A stretch of 63,483 bases of DNA, filler included, from Chiloscyllium plagiosum (GCF_004010195.1; 4 parts of one record of this genome joined end to end with filler, not necessarily neighbours in it), one strand, 5' to 3'; counted from the whole stretch's first letter, positions 48,645-61,422 are shown. Numbers and translations: made by a program. Notes: a model not told the origin generated them from the letters alone.

Positions 48645-48978
48645 TCATAGAAGCCCTTCTGTGTGAAAGCAGACCATTCAGACCATACCAACCCTCCAAA
48701 GAGCATCCCATCCAGACCCAACCGCTATCCTATAGCTCTGCATTTCCCACAGCTAATCCACCTAGCCTGCACATCCCTGGACACTATGGGCAATTTAACA
48801 TGACCAATTCACCTCACCTGCATATCTTTGGACTCTGGGAGGAAACTAGAACACCCAGAAAAAACCCATGCAGAGGCGGGAAGAATGCACAAGCTCTACA
48901 CTGGCAGTTGCCTGAGGGTGCAATCAAACCCAGGGCCCTGGTGTTGCAAAGCAGCAGTGTTAACCACTGAACCACCAG
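48645..48978 (-). mobile_element. Older HE1-like SINE; faint CR1 RT scraps lie upstream at about 48300-48640
   Basis: Minus strand GGTGGTTCAGTGGTTAACACTGCTGC head and SINE body. Confidence 0.85.
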
Positions 48979-49118
48979 GTCATGAATGATTGAAAGGTAT
49001 TATATGGAAGGAGAAAAACATGATTACTCTGTGAAGGATGGATGGAATTATCCATCAGCTAAATATATTTACTGTGGACAATTCTATTGACAGTCAGCGT
49101 TTACTCAATGAATGGACT

Positions 49119-49248
49119 GGGAGAAAGTGAGGACTGCAGATGCTGGAGATCAGAGTTGAAAAGTGTGGCACTGGAAAAGCACAGCAGGATTGGCAGCATT
49201 CAAGGAGCATGAGAATCAATGTTTCGGGCATAAGCCCTTCAACAGGAA
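49119..49248 (-). mobile_element. PLE family A pLTR remnant with tail and probable TSD
   Basis: Minus strand ATTCCTGTTGAAGGGCTTATGCCCGAAACATT; GAATGGAC at 49110-49117 and 49246-49253. Confidence 0.85.
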
Positions 49249-50484
49249 TGGACAGGCTGTCCTCCTTCTGTCCCATAATGACTCTGTGGTTCAAAGAACC
49301 CCACAATCTTCTCTCTGCTCTCTTACCTTTGTCATAATTAGTAGCATATGCCCCAGTCATTCATTCCCTCCCTTACTCCCAATTGTCAGAAACATTCCCA
49401 GTGGTTTATGGCTGCTGCCTTCTATCACTGGATGAATTAACAGGCTGTTGGGCAAATGGAAAATAAAGATCAGATCCTGTCATTATATTCAACAAAACAT
49501 CCATGGCCTCAGCCTTGTGTGGGGTTTGCTATCCTGTCATCCTCCCTTGTACTCTACACTATCACACTCCCCTCTACCCTTATCATCTTCCTGTTATTAT
49601 CAGAGTTAATATATGAAGAATTACAATGCAACAATCAAGAAAGCCTATAGAACAGTAAAAAAAAATGTTTTCAGTGTAAACGTCAGAGATCAAGCTGCAC
49701 AGTGCTTTGAAAAGACCACAGCTTTAATATGAGGTCTCAGTCACATTTAACCAGCAGAGGCAACAAAGAGCAGAGCAATGAGGGTGCTGCACAATTTTTA
49801 AGTTAAAATGGAAAGCTTGAAGAAAGCTGGCCCTCAAATCCTTTAAAGAATCAAGATTATTATGTTTTACAAAATAAAATGTAGCAAAGAGTAAATGATG
49901 AAATGAAGACAAAAGGACTTAAATTTAAAGTAACAAAAGGTTGATTTAGAGCTGATGTCAGGAAAGCATAACAGACTAGTTAACACATAGAAGAGACTCC
50001 AAGATAGAGTTGATGTGGTATGACAGAAATTTCCAGTCATTTCAGATAGATCTGCCTTATGGCTTTTCTCTGCCTGACCTCCAAAGCTACGCTCTATTGT
50101 CACTGGAAGAATTCAAGGTAAGATCTGTGATCTTACCAAAATACACAAACATTTCGGAAAGATTTTAGCGGGAACAAAAGAACATTTGGTAACCATGGTC
50201 GTTAGGCAACCAAATATATTCATTGAGTCTGGCTTTAAATAATTCTCTTCAAGAAAGCCATATGCTTGCACTGCTATATTGCACACTGGGTTTTTCTATT
50301 TGGAGATGCTTTAGTTAGCTAGCAGACCATTGTGATGAATAATACGCTAGAGGAAGTGAACTGTCACTTTCAATTTATTGGTCTCAGAAATTCTAAAAGT
50401 AGAAATTTGCAATGATTGGGCATGTTTCAAAAATTGTTAAATTATTTTATACATTAAAGAGGAAATGTGTTCAAGGTCGTCTCT

Positions 50485-50850
50485 TTTATTCATTCTTGAA
50501 ATGTGGATGTTGCTGCCAAGGCCAGTATTTTTTGTCCATCTAAACTGTACATCTGAAAAGCCACCTGCTTGAATCATTGCAGTCTGCGTGGTGAAAGTAC
50601 TCCTACAAGGCTACAAGGCAGCGAGTTCCAGGATTTTCACCCAACAGCAAAAGGGAATGCAATATATTTCCTAGTCAGAATGATGGGCGATCCTGAAGGG
50701 AACTTGCAGTTGATATTGATCTATTTTGCCTAGTACCTTTGAGATGGTAGCGATCACAGGTTTGTGAGGTGGAGTTGGAGAAACATTACATATTGTAGAT
50801 GGTACTCATTGCAGCCATAGTGTGCCAGTGGTGGAGGAAATGAATGTTTA
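50485..50850 (-). mobile_element. LINE family B 3' end, degraded
   Basis: TTTTATTCATTC..GATGTTGCTGCCAAGGCCAGTATTT; colinear with 38165-38570. Confidence 0.75.
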
Positions 50851-52027
50851 AGCAAAATCTTTCCCATGTGCTCATCTTAACCCAACAGTGATATTGTTCC
50901 TTTTCCTGATCTTACTTGTAAATCTTGTTCATGATCACTTGACGAACAGGGATATTGGAACTGTACTTAAGCTGTGTAGAAACTGCTTCCCAGTATAGCT
51001 TCTCTAAAGAACCTTTGCATCTTGTATTACTGTAGTTTAGACTGAGAAACAGAGATGTCTAGACAACATTTTTCTTCATTTACAATATTAGAATCAGCTT
51101 CCTTATCCCTATTGTAGAAATTGGGATCCATTTGTTTTGTTCAATTTACTGTGCATGCTACCATTAGTTCTAATACTAAGATCAGTTTTGTATTTATTTT
51201 CAAACATCTATGTATGCCCTAAGACTTCTACAAACAGTGGTCAAATCTATGTAAATTTCTATATGAATAAATTAAGAGCAATTAAGAAATATATTTTACA
51301 TGAAGCCCCCGAGATTAAAATCCAATGTAATATTTGTCCTTCCACAGCAAATCATTGTAATGCCTTCTGGGATATTCTCTGTACGAATGTTCCAATGTCA
51401 TGAATAAACATCTGAATAATTGGAAACTGCATCTCGAACTTTCATGTGTCAAGAGCAGTGCTGAATCCCTGTCAATTCACAGCTCAATAAACTGAGTTAT
51501 TTTGTATCAATGACAAAGAAAGACCAATAAGAAGATGTGTGCACGTGAATTAACTTTGCCTCTAAATAATGCGGATGATGCAGAATGTGTCGAGATGCCT
51601 GGCCCTAACATTCTATTCTTCACCAATATCCTTGAACATGTTGTTGCCTCCAAAACCCAAGCCCACAGCACTGAAATGGATGAACCAAAGTAACAAGTGC
51701 ATCTGTTACAACTGAGTCATGGTAAATTATCCTTTGTCATCCTCATAACCTGCCTGCAGCCTTTGATGAAGTTTATTGCAATTCCAACATCCCTCTGCCC
51801 TTGTGCAACTAGATGGGCTTGGTTTCATTTCTTCTTATATAATTGCTGCTAAATAATCACCTCAGGATAGCTTCTTGCTATCATATTGATACCCCTGGAA
51901 ACTCTAAGGATCTACTCTTAGCCTCACTCCTATTTCTCATCCACATAATGCCACTTGGTAATATCATCTGGAAACACAATGTGATAGTTCACAATGTACT
52001 AACAATGCACAGCTCTACCTCAGCACC

Positions 52028-52331
52028 ATCCTCATGACCTGTCCTACCTGCCAATCTTCCTTCCCACCTAACTGCTCCACCCTCCTCTCTGACCTCTCAC
52101 CTTCATCCCCACCTCCATTCACCTATTGTACTCTTGGCTACCTTCTCCTCAGCCCCACTCCCTCCCATTTTATCTCTCCACCCCAGAGGCTCCCTGCCTT
52201 CATTCCTGATGAAGGACTTTTGCCCAAAACGTCAGTTTTCCTACTCCTCGGATGCTGCCTGACCTGCTGTGTTTTTCCAGCATCACTCTAATCTAGACTC
52301 TGATCTCCAGCATCGGCAGTCCTCACTTTTG
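52028..52331 (+). mobile_element. PLE family A pLTR (about 300 bp) inserted in L2, 14-bp TSD with one mismatch
   Basis: TCTACCTCAG(C/A)ACC at 52014-52027 and 52332-52345; CTGATGAAGGACTTTTGCCCAAAACGTC core. Confidence 0.88.
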
Positions 52332-52782
52332 TCTACCTCAGAACCCTCTCTTCACCCCCTCCAGCATCACTGTGTTAGCATGTTCCTTATTTACGTACTA
52401 AATTAGATTAAAATAAATGTCTCTCGACTAAATATTGGGAACAAAGATATGCTGTTATCTTCAGTCCTCTTGACAAACTTCAATTCCTAATCACTGACTA
52501 GTTCCCCTTCCAAGACCATTATTTAAGGTTGACCTGATTGTTCACAACCTCAGTTCCTATTTGACATCAAGCTGACTCTTTTGGCTTTTTATTTGCATCA
52601 TTACCAAGAGCAAAAATTTCTATCTCTATAAGATCATCTGTTCTGTTATTGATCGACCCATCTGTTGTTGAAACTTACAAGCATTTTTTGTTACTTGTTT
52701 TTCTCCTTTAAGACATTCCTTAAAACCTACCTCTTTGACCAAGCTTTTGGTCCTCAGATCTGACATCTCCTTATGTGCCTCA

Positions 52783-53112
52783 GGGTGGGTGGCACAGTGG
52801 CTCAATGGTTTGCACTGCTGCCTCACAGCACCAGGGACCCGAGTTTGATTCCATCCTCAGGCATCTGTTTGTGTAGAGTTTGTACGTTCTCCCTGTGTTT
52901 GCATGGGTTTCGATCAGGTGCTCTGGTTTCCTCCTATGGGTTAGGTGGAATGTGCAGGTTAGGTGGATTGGCCATGCTAAATTGCCTGTTGTGTCGAGGG
53001 ATGTGTAGGTTACGTGGGTTAGCCATGGGGAATGTAGGGATTAGGGTGGGGTGCTCTTTAGAAGTTCAGAGTGGACTTGTTGAGCTGAATGGCCTGTTTC
53101 CACACTGTAGGA
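52783..53112 (+). mobile_element. HE1-like SINE nested in the L2 3' end
   Basis: GGCACAGTGGCTCAATGG..CTGCCTCACAGCACCAGGGACCC..GGCCTGTTTCCACACTGTAG. Confidence 0.88.
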
Positions 53113-53214
53113 GGTCTATTATACTTTGTTTTGTAATGTTCCTGTGAAGAGCCTTGGGACATTTTATTATGTTAAAGGCATTATATAAATACAAGTGGTT
53201 TTTGCTGTTTGGTC

Positions 53215-53728
53215 TCAGCTATTGCAATGCATTCCTGGCCTGCCTTCTAACCTTCACTCTCTGCAAACTTGAAATTATCCAAATGCACTGAGTTCTATCC
53301 ACTCCTCATACTTTACCTCATTCTATAACATCACTTATGGGTTTACAAAGCCTCCTGAATAAAACTTTCATCCGGGTGTTCTCATCCCTCCATGCCTTTG
53401 CCCCTATCTATCGCTGTAACCTCCTTCAGTCCTGCAAAACTGAAAGTGGTGCCAACTATACCAACCTCTTGAACATCTTCACTTTATTTTGCTCCACTCC
53501 TGGTGTCGTATCTTCAGCTGCCAAAGCCAAAAGCACTGGAATTGCATTCCCAGACTTCTCTGCTTTTCTACCCACTTTTAAATCACTCATAAAAATCTAC
53601 CTAATTGGTCAAATGTCCTAAAACCCCTTTATTTGGCTTGTTGTCAAATGTCTGCAGCCTGTGCTTCTGTGAAATGCCTTGAATGTTTTGCTTTGTGAAA
53701 AGTCCTATATAAATTAAAATGGTTGTGA
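53215..53728 (+). mobile_element. Second L2-type 3' end
   Basis: YCNAFLACLP (DYCNALLAGLP-like), FKSLIKIY, CTGTGAAATGCCTTG..TATATAAAT tail. Confidence 0.7.
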
Positions 53729-54064
53729 TATAGTCATACAACAATGCCAATAGCACCTTCCATGTAACGAAAAGAACAAAATGGAACAGGCTGAGCACAT
53801 GGGTTCTATTATGCACAATGTTGTTGAAATGTGCATTCAATCGCGAAAGAACAAAAATTTGAACATTATGATTATTTCGACATTGAATGTATGGAACTGT
53901 CTTTGCACAAAGCAGAAGTGTTATTACTCATAACAGCAGCAGCATGCAGATCCTTTCTGATTTCCTATGAAATTTTTGAGGTCCATTACATGTTTATTTT
54001 TCATGTTAATATGTTGTATATTTTCCAGCAATTCTCTGTGTTACAAAAAAATGGCATCATTTGA

Positions 54065-54405
54065 GACTGGTAAATGGGTAAAATTATGAGGAGTATAGAC
54101 AGAGTAGAAAGAAAGAAACTTTTCGCTTTGTGAAGAGGTCATTGATTAAGGAGGACAGATTTAAGGTAAGGGGCAGAATGTTTTGAGGGATGTAAGGAAA
54201 ACAAAATTTAGCCAGAGGATGGTGGGAATCTGGAACTCACCCTCATAACATTTACAAAGTATTTGGATGTGCACTTGTGATGCCAAGGGTATTGGCATAC
54301 AAGGCTGTGGATCGTGTGCTGGAAAATGGGACTGGAATAGTTACATGATTGTTTTTGATAGACCAAAGGATCTTTATCTATGCTGTAGACCTGTGTGACT
54401 ATATA
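54065..54405 (+). mobile_element. Degraded CR1 3' end
   Basis: KIMRSIDRVERKKLF; QRMVGIWNS. Confidence 0.75.
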
Positions 54406-54879
54406 ATTCAAAACGTTTTTCATGCTTGCTTTGAGAGTAATAGTCAGATTTTAAACTAGGACTACCATATTTTAAGTAAGAAAATATACCAATTAATACA
54501 CTGTGCCTGATAATGGCAATTGTAGAATATAGAGGCTTATGGATACTGATGTGGTCCATGGCATTTTCAGTAAGTGTGGTTGTAGGATCATCAGCTCATA
54601 GCTGTATGCTGGAGACCAAGCTTTAGACGCAGAAGCACATTTGGGTAGAGAAAAGTTGCCTGGACATTTTATTCTATGAGGCAGTTTTGGTTAGTAGTCA
54701 GAGTAGGGAAGATGTGACTGCAAGTGAGGCAGGCAAGGGCAAAAAGAGGGGAAAAAAACACAGATTCATCAGCCTTTGCAACTTTCCAAAGTTTTTTAGT
54801 TTGTTTGGATGAGAGTGAAGGTTGCAGGGTGGATGAGTTATCTGGTCATAGTACATGTACACAAAACTATTCAAGAAGT

Positions 54880-55310
54880 GCGGTAAGAATGAATGTAGTG
54901 GTGGTGGAGACAGTATAGTGAGGGGGATTGAGACTGTACTTTGCAGGTAAAATCTTAAGTGTGATGCATGCCTAATGTCAAGTTTCAGTATCCTTACTCT
55001 GGGCTGGAGAGAAACATGCATTGGAAAGGGGAGGATCCATTAATTGTGGTCTATGTTGGTATCAACAACATGTGTTGAACAAGGAAATAGGTCATGCTGA
55101 GGAAACATGAGATGTTTTGTGGCAAATTATAAAGCAGAATCTCAAAGTTAATAGCCTCTGAATCATTGTCTGAGCCATGAGCAAATTGGCACAGGATGAA
55201 TAAAACTGGTATGGTGAACACATGGCTTAGATACTCATGGGATATGCGGGTTACAGTCCATGGAGAACTGACACTAGTATTGGGGAAAGTGGGATCTGTA
55301 CTGGTGGGAT
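54880..55310 (+). mobile_element. Old CR1 ORF1 esterase remnant
   Basis: VGGDSIVRGIE, EDPLIVVYVGINN, and W(G)K.DLYWWDG. Confidence 0.7.
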
Positions 55311-56069
55311 GGGCAAAAAAATAAAAGTCAGAGAATGAGGAATGTACAGAAAATAAAACACAGGACTATACCAATATGCAAAGGCTGTAAGGGCTGGTCC
55401 AGTTTTGAAGTATTTTGAGGTATTTAGGTGCTTTCCTCAACTTCCAGGAACAGCAATTACTGTTTTATAAGCAGTTGCATTATTTTGGAAATTTAGGGAA
55501 AAAAAGATCAAAGTAATGGCACTTTAAAAAGGAGGAAGAGAACAAAAGCAAAGATCAAATGGTCAGTGAAAGAGAGACATTTACGCTGCTGTCTAACACA
55601 GCAGTGAATCTGCACAGGTACTGCCTTTGCTTTGTGAGTTCAAGTATTTCTGGACATCAGAGTGCATCTAAGAAAAATAAACAAACAGTGAAATTCATAG
55701 CTGACCTTGGACAAACATGTGTGGGACAGTTCATAGCACAGGAGCTGATAGGTGCATAATGTTTAACTGTAACCTTGCTGTATTTTTTTAACAGTGAGTA
55801 GAGTGAGTTCTTTTGGTTATATGTTTTATTGAGATCTGTCTCTTGATTAAAATTTAAAAATATAAAACATAGACACTAAGTTAGCCTAGAGGAGTAATTC
55901 TGTGATATTTTCTGTAGATTGTTAAGATACAAAGATGGCCTTTAATGGAGTGATGTACTTTTATTGTTCGATGTGGGAAATTAGGGAGAATTTCCATATT
56001 ACTGATGATTATGTTTGTAGTAAGTGTATTTGGTTGCGAATCCTATCAATTCATATGGAACGGCAGTTA

Positions 56070-56679
56070 TAGTCATAGAGTAAGATAGATGTAAAGCATG
56101 GAAACAGACCCTTCGTTCCAACTTGTCCGTGCTGACCAGATATCACAACCTAATCTAGTCCCATATGCCAGCACTTGGCAAATATCCCTCTCAACCCTTC
56201 CTACTCATATATCCATCCAGATGCCTTTTAAATGCTGTAATTGTACCAACCTTCATCACTCCCTATGGCAGCTCATTCTGTCCACGTACCACCCTTTGTG
56301 TGAAGAATTTGTTCCTTAGGTCTCTTTTATATCTTTCCCCACTCACCCTAAACCTATGCCCTCTAGTTCTCGACTCCCCCACCTCAGGAAAAAGACTTTG
56401 TCTATTTATCCTATTCATGCCCCTCATGATTTAATAACCTCTATGAAGTCACCCCCTCAGCCTCTGACGCTCCAGGGAAAACAGCGCCAGCCTATTCAAC
56501 TTCTCCCTATAGCTCAAATGCTCCAACCCTGGAAACATCCTTGTATATCTTTTCTGAACCCTTTCAAGTTTCACAACATCGTTCCTATGGGAAGGAGACC
56601 AGAATTACACAGAATATTTTGGCAATATTCCAAAAGTGGACTAACCAATGTCATGTACAGCTGCAAAATGACCGCCTAA
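56070..56679 (-). mobile_element. CR1 3' end nested antisense in ORF1 of the larger CR1
   Basis: Host GAACGGCAG..TTAGAGGCAATG is split by it; sequence similar to 42547-42820. Confidence 0.88.
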
Positions 56680-57180
56680 CTTAGAGGCAATGAGGGATTT
56701 ACAGGAGCCAGAGGGTGTGATAGATGGCAATTATAGCAAGGGAGTAAAACCACAGATACAGTCAGTTAGATGAGTTACTGCCAAGAAAGGGAGGCAGGTA
56801 GTGCAGGAGTCTCCTGTGGCCATCCGCATTTCAAACAAGTATGCTGTTTTCGAAAATGTAGGGATGATGGACTCTCAGGGGAGTGTAGCACAAACAGTCA
56901 AGTCTCTGGTACTGAGACTGGCTCCAAGGTAAAAGGGGTATGTCCAGTTCCAAGTGATCGACTGTGATGGGGACTCTAGTCGGAGGCACAGACAGACATT
57001 TCTGCAGTGAACAGCAAGAAATGAGAATAGTGCCAGGATCAAGGATATCTCAGAGAAAGTGCAGCATGTTCTCAAAGGGGAGTGGGGTCAGCAGGAGGTC
57101 ATTGCATACATTGGATCTAATGACATAGGAAGGAAAAAGGATGAGATTCTGAAGGAAAAATATAGGAATTTAAAATAGAG

Positions 57181-57262
57181 GTCGTCAAGGGTAGTAATAT
57201 CTGGATTACTCCTGGTGCCATGTCGTCAAGGGTAGTAATATCTGGATTACTCCTGGTGCCAT
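57181..57262 (+). repeat. Perfect 41-bp tandem duplication
   Basis: GTCGTCAAGGGTAGTAATATCTGGATTACTCCTGGTGCCAT twice. Confidence 0.95.
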
Positions 57263-58665
57263 GAGCTAGTGAGGGTAGGAATAGGAAAATAGAGCAGATG
57301 AATGTGTGGCTGAGGAGCTGGTGCAGGGGAGAAGGTTCACATTTTTAGATCATTACAATGTCTTCTGGGGTAGAAGTGACCTGCATAAGAAGGACGGATT
57401 GCACCTGAATTGGAAGGGGACTAATATACTAGAAGGGAGATTTGCTAGAGTTGCTCGGGGAATTTAAACTAGTAAGGTCGGGGTTGGAACCCAGGGAGAT
57501 AGTGAGGAAAGAGATCAGTCTGAGACTGGTACAATTTGGAAAAGGAGCAGGTCAAATGTTCAGGGCAGGCAGGAACAAAGCAAGACCGAAGTAAATTAAA
57601 CTGCATTTATTTCAATGCAAGAGGCCAAACAGGGTAGTCAGATGAACTTAGGGCATGGTTAGGAACATGGGACTGGGATATTGTAGCATTAAAAGAGAAG
57701 TGACTCAGGGATGGACAGGACTGGCAGCTTCATGTTTCAGGATACAAATGCTATAGGAACGATAGAAAGGGGGTCAACAGAGGAGGGGGGGGTGACATTT
57801 TGATAAGGGATAACATTACAGCTGTACTTAGAGAGGAATAAATCCAGGGAAGTCATTGGGGTGGAACTGAGATTTAAGAAAGGGATAATCATTTTATTCG
57901 GATTGTATTATAGACCTCCCAGTAATCAGCAGGAAATTGAGAAACAAATTTGTAAGGAGATCTCAGTTTTCTGTAAGAATAATAGAGTGGTAATGGTGGA
58001 GGATTTTAACTTTCCAAACATTGATTGTGACTGCCATACTGTTAAGGGATCAGATGGAGAGGATTTATCAAGTGTGTGCAAGAAAATGTTCTGATTCAGT
58101 ATGTGGATATATCTACTTGAGAAGGTGCAAAACTTGATCTACTCTTGGGAAAAAAAAGGCAGGACAGGTGACTGAGGTGTCAGTGGGGAAGCACATTGGG
58201 GCCAGCGACCATAATTCTATTAGTTTTAAAATAGTGATGGAAAAGAACATGGAAGATAGAGAATGTAGGGATATAGATGTCGACACCTTGAAAAATGTCC
58301 ATATTACTGAGGAGGTGGTGCTGGATGTCTTAAAATGCACAAAGATGGATAAATCTCCACGATCTGATCAAGTGTACCCTAGAATTCTGTGGGAAGCTAG
58401 GGAAGTGATTGCTGGACCCCTGGCTGAGCTATTTGGATCATCGATAGTCACAAGTGAGGTGCCAGAAGACAGGAGATTGGCTAATGTGGTGCCACTATTT
58501 AAGAAAGGGGGTAAGAAAAAGCCAGAAAACTATAGACTGGTTAGCCTGATGTCAGTAGTGGGCAAGTTGTTGGAGGGCATCCTGAGGGACAGGATTTACA
58601 TGTATTGGGATAGGCAAGGACTGATTAGGGATAGTCAATATGACTTTGTGCATGGGAAAATCATC

Positions 58666-59495
58666 TAGGAGAATTGAGGACTGCAGATGCTGGAGAGTCA
58701 GAGTCGAAAAGTCTGACACTGGAAAAGCACAGCAGATCAAGCAGCATCTGAGGAGCAGGTAAATTGACATTTTGGGCATAAGCCCTTCATTAGGAATGTG
58801 GTGGGGGTAGGGAGTTGAAAGATAAATAGGAGGGTGGGGGTGAGGCTGGGGGAAAGGTAGCTGGGAAAGCAATAGGTTCAAGATGGCGGTGCCAAGTTGG
58901 AGGGTTGAATCTGCGATGAGGTTGGGGGAGGGGTGATGAGGAAACTGGCGAAATCAATGTTGATGCCTCGAATGTTTCAAGGAACATCTCCAGGACACAC
59001 GCACCAAACAACTCCATCACCCTGTGGCCGACCACTCCGCCAAGGACATGCAAGTCCTGGACCTCCTCCACCACTAAATCAAAGTTACTCAACACCTGGA
59101 GGAAGAACGCCTCGTCTTCCACCTTGGGACCCTCCAACCACACGGCATCAATGTTGATTTTGCCAGTTTCCTCATGTCCCCTCCCCTCACGTCATGCCAG
59201 ATCCAACCCTCCAATTTGGCACAGCCCTCTTTAACTATCCTACCTGTCCAACTTCCTTCCCACCGATCTGCTCCACCTTCCCCTCTGACCTATCACCACC
59301 ATCCCCCCACCTCCATCTACCTGTCGCCTTCCTAGCTACTCTCCCCCCAACCCCACCCCCACTCTCCTATTTATCTCTCAGCCCCCTTCCCCCACCACAT
59401 TCCCAATGAAGGTCTGATACCCGAAATGTTGATTCTCGCGCTCTTCAGATGCTACCTGACCTGCTGTGCTTTTCCAGCACCACACTTTTCAACTC
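58666..59495. mobile_element. Fold-back PLE family A (Neptune-like) with GIY-YIG C-terminus, nested in CR1 RT
   Basis: Plus 58965-59160 FKEHLQDTRTKQ..PVADH..EEERLVFHLGTLQPHGINVDF followed by pLTR; inverted pLTR with tail at 58666-58965. Confidence 0.9.
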
Positions 59496-60739
59496 TATAT
59501 GGACTTCAATAAAGTGTTCAACAAGGTTCCTCATGGTGGACTGGTTAGCAAGGTTGGATCACATGGAATACAGGGAGAAATAGCCATGTGGATACAGAAC
59601 TGGCTCGAAGGTAGAAGACAGAGGGTAGTGGTGGAAGGTTGCTTTTCAGACTGGAGGCCTGTAGCCAGTGGTGGACCACAAGGATCAGTGCTAGGTCCAC
59701 TTTTTTTGTCATTTATATAAATGATTTGTATGTGAATATACGAAGCATAGTAAGTAAGTATGCAAATGACACCAAAATTGGAGGTGTAGTAGACAGTGAA
59801 GAAGGTTACCTCAGAGTACAATGGGATCTTGACCAGATGGGCCATTGGACTGAGGAGTGGCAGATGGAGTTTAATTTAGATAAATGTGAGATGCTACATT
59901 TTGGAAAGGCAAATCAGGGGAAGACTTCTACACCTAATGATAAGGTCCTGGGGAGTGTTGCTAAACAAACATACCTTGAAGTACAGGTTCATAGTTCCTT
60001 GAAAGTGGAGTCTCAGGTAGTTAGAATAGGGAAGAAGGCATCTAGTATGCTGCCCTTTATTAGTCGGAGCATTGAGCATAGGGGTTGAGAGGTCATGTTG
60101 GTTAGGTCACTTTTGGAATATTGCTGTCATTCTGGTCTCCCTCCGATAGGAAGGATGTTGTAAAACTTGAAACGGTTCAGAAAAGATTTACAAAGATGTT
60201 GCCAGGGTTAGAAGATTTGGGCTATAGAGAGAGGCTGAATAGTCTGGGGCTGTTTTCCCTGGAGTTTCGGAGGCTGAGGGGTGACCTTATAGAGGTTTAT
60301 AAAATCATGAGGGACATGGACAGGATAAATAAAGAAGATCTTTTACCTGGGGTGGGGGAGTGCAGAACTAGTGGGCATAGGCATAGGGTTGGGATGGAAG
60401 GGGGAAGATTGAAAATGGACATAAGGGACAACTTTTTCACGCAGAGGGTGGTGCATGTATGGAATGAGCTACCAAAGGATGTGGTGCAGGTTGGTACAAT
60501 TACAACATTTCAAAGGCATTTGGATGGGTACATGAATAGGAACCATTTAGAGGGATATAGGACAAATGCTGGCAAATTGAACTAGATTAATTTAGGCTAT
60601 TTAGTTAGCATGGAAGAGTTGGACCGAAGGTATTGTTTCCATGCTGTATATCTGGATGACTCTGTTAGATGCTGAAAAGATAACAAAAAAAAATTAAAGG
60701 CTCTCTATTTGAATGCACACAACAATCATAACAAAGTAA

Positions 60740-61110
60740 ATTATTTAATAGCACACATTGAAGTGAATAAATCTGATCTAATAACCATATGGAGATGTGG
60801 CTGCAGAATGACAGGTGCAGCATTCTGAATATTGAGGGGTTAAAGAAGAATATGAAGTTCGGGAAAGGTGGAGGGATAACACTCTTAATCGAAGATAACA
60901 TCAGTTCAATAGTTAGCAATGACCCTTGTTTAGATCAGGAGATAGAATCAGTTTGAGTATAGATGAGAAATAGTAAGGAAAAGAATTCTCTCGTGAGAGT
61001 AATCTTAGGGCGCCAAACAATATAGGAAGAAGTATATTAGAAGATTCAGTCACTGGAGTGCAAAAATGTATGGCGCCATCATTTTTAACACAAAAATAAT
61101 GGACTTGTGC
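60740..61110 (+). mobile_element. Old CR1 APE fragment
   Basis: DLITIW..WLQND..LNIEG, GGGITLLI. Confidence 0.6.
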
Positions 61111-61196
61111 CATTTAGGAAATATTTAGATGAGCAATTGAAAATTAATTGAAATTAATGTTCGAGTAATCCAAGATGGAGGACAGGAAAAATTTCT

Positions 61197-61387
61197 GGCT
61201 GTAAGAGCTGCTCCTTTTTTTGAGGTATTTTAGGTGCTGGAGGTGATTTCCTCGAATTCCAGGAGCAGCAATTGCTGGTTTATATGCTGTTACATTGTTT
61301 TGGAACTTTGGGAAAAAAAAGTCAAAACAACAGCAGTTTTAAAAGGAAGAGCAGACAAAGGAAGCACATGGTGAGGTAAATGCAGGA

Positions 61388-61422
<35 letters not shown>

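Larger units (their letters stand above)
51620..53205 (+). mobile_element. Ancient L2-type LINE RT and 3' end, interrupted by a PLE and a SINE
   Basis: L..AAFD (about 51740-51770), LLFLIHIMPLGNII, AQLYLS at about 52005, FKTFLKTYLFDQAF at about 52707, tail CTGTGAAGAGCCTTGGGAC..TAAAGGCATTATATAAAT. Confidence 0.75.
55383..60664 (+). mobile_element. Near-full-length decayed CR1 (5' UTR, ORF1, APE, RT, 3' UTR) with nested CR1 and PLE insertions and internal deletions
   Basis: 5' UTR matches 61197-61770; ORF1 ATG at about 55935; HIGSND and DGLHLN; YRPP, DFNFP, ASDHN; KSPRSD, NYRLVSL; YMDFNK, GPQGSVLGP, YANDTK; RGDLIEVYKI. Confidence 0.9.

Noticed and set aside
50116..50136. 9-bp hairpin GGTAAGATC/GATCTTACC; similar 8-10 bp stems near 40023 and 62092
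   Set aside because: Too short to exceed chance in 63 kb without other support
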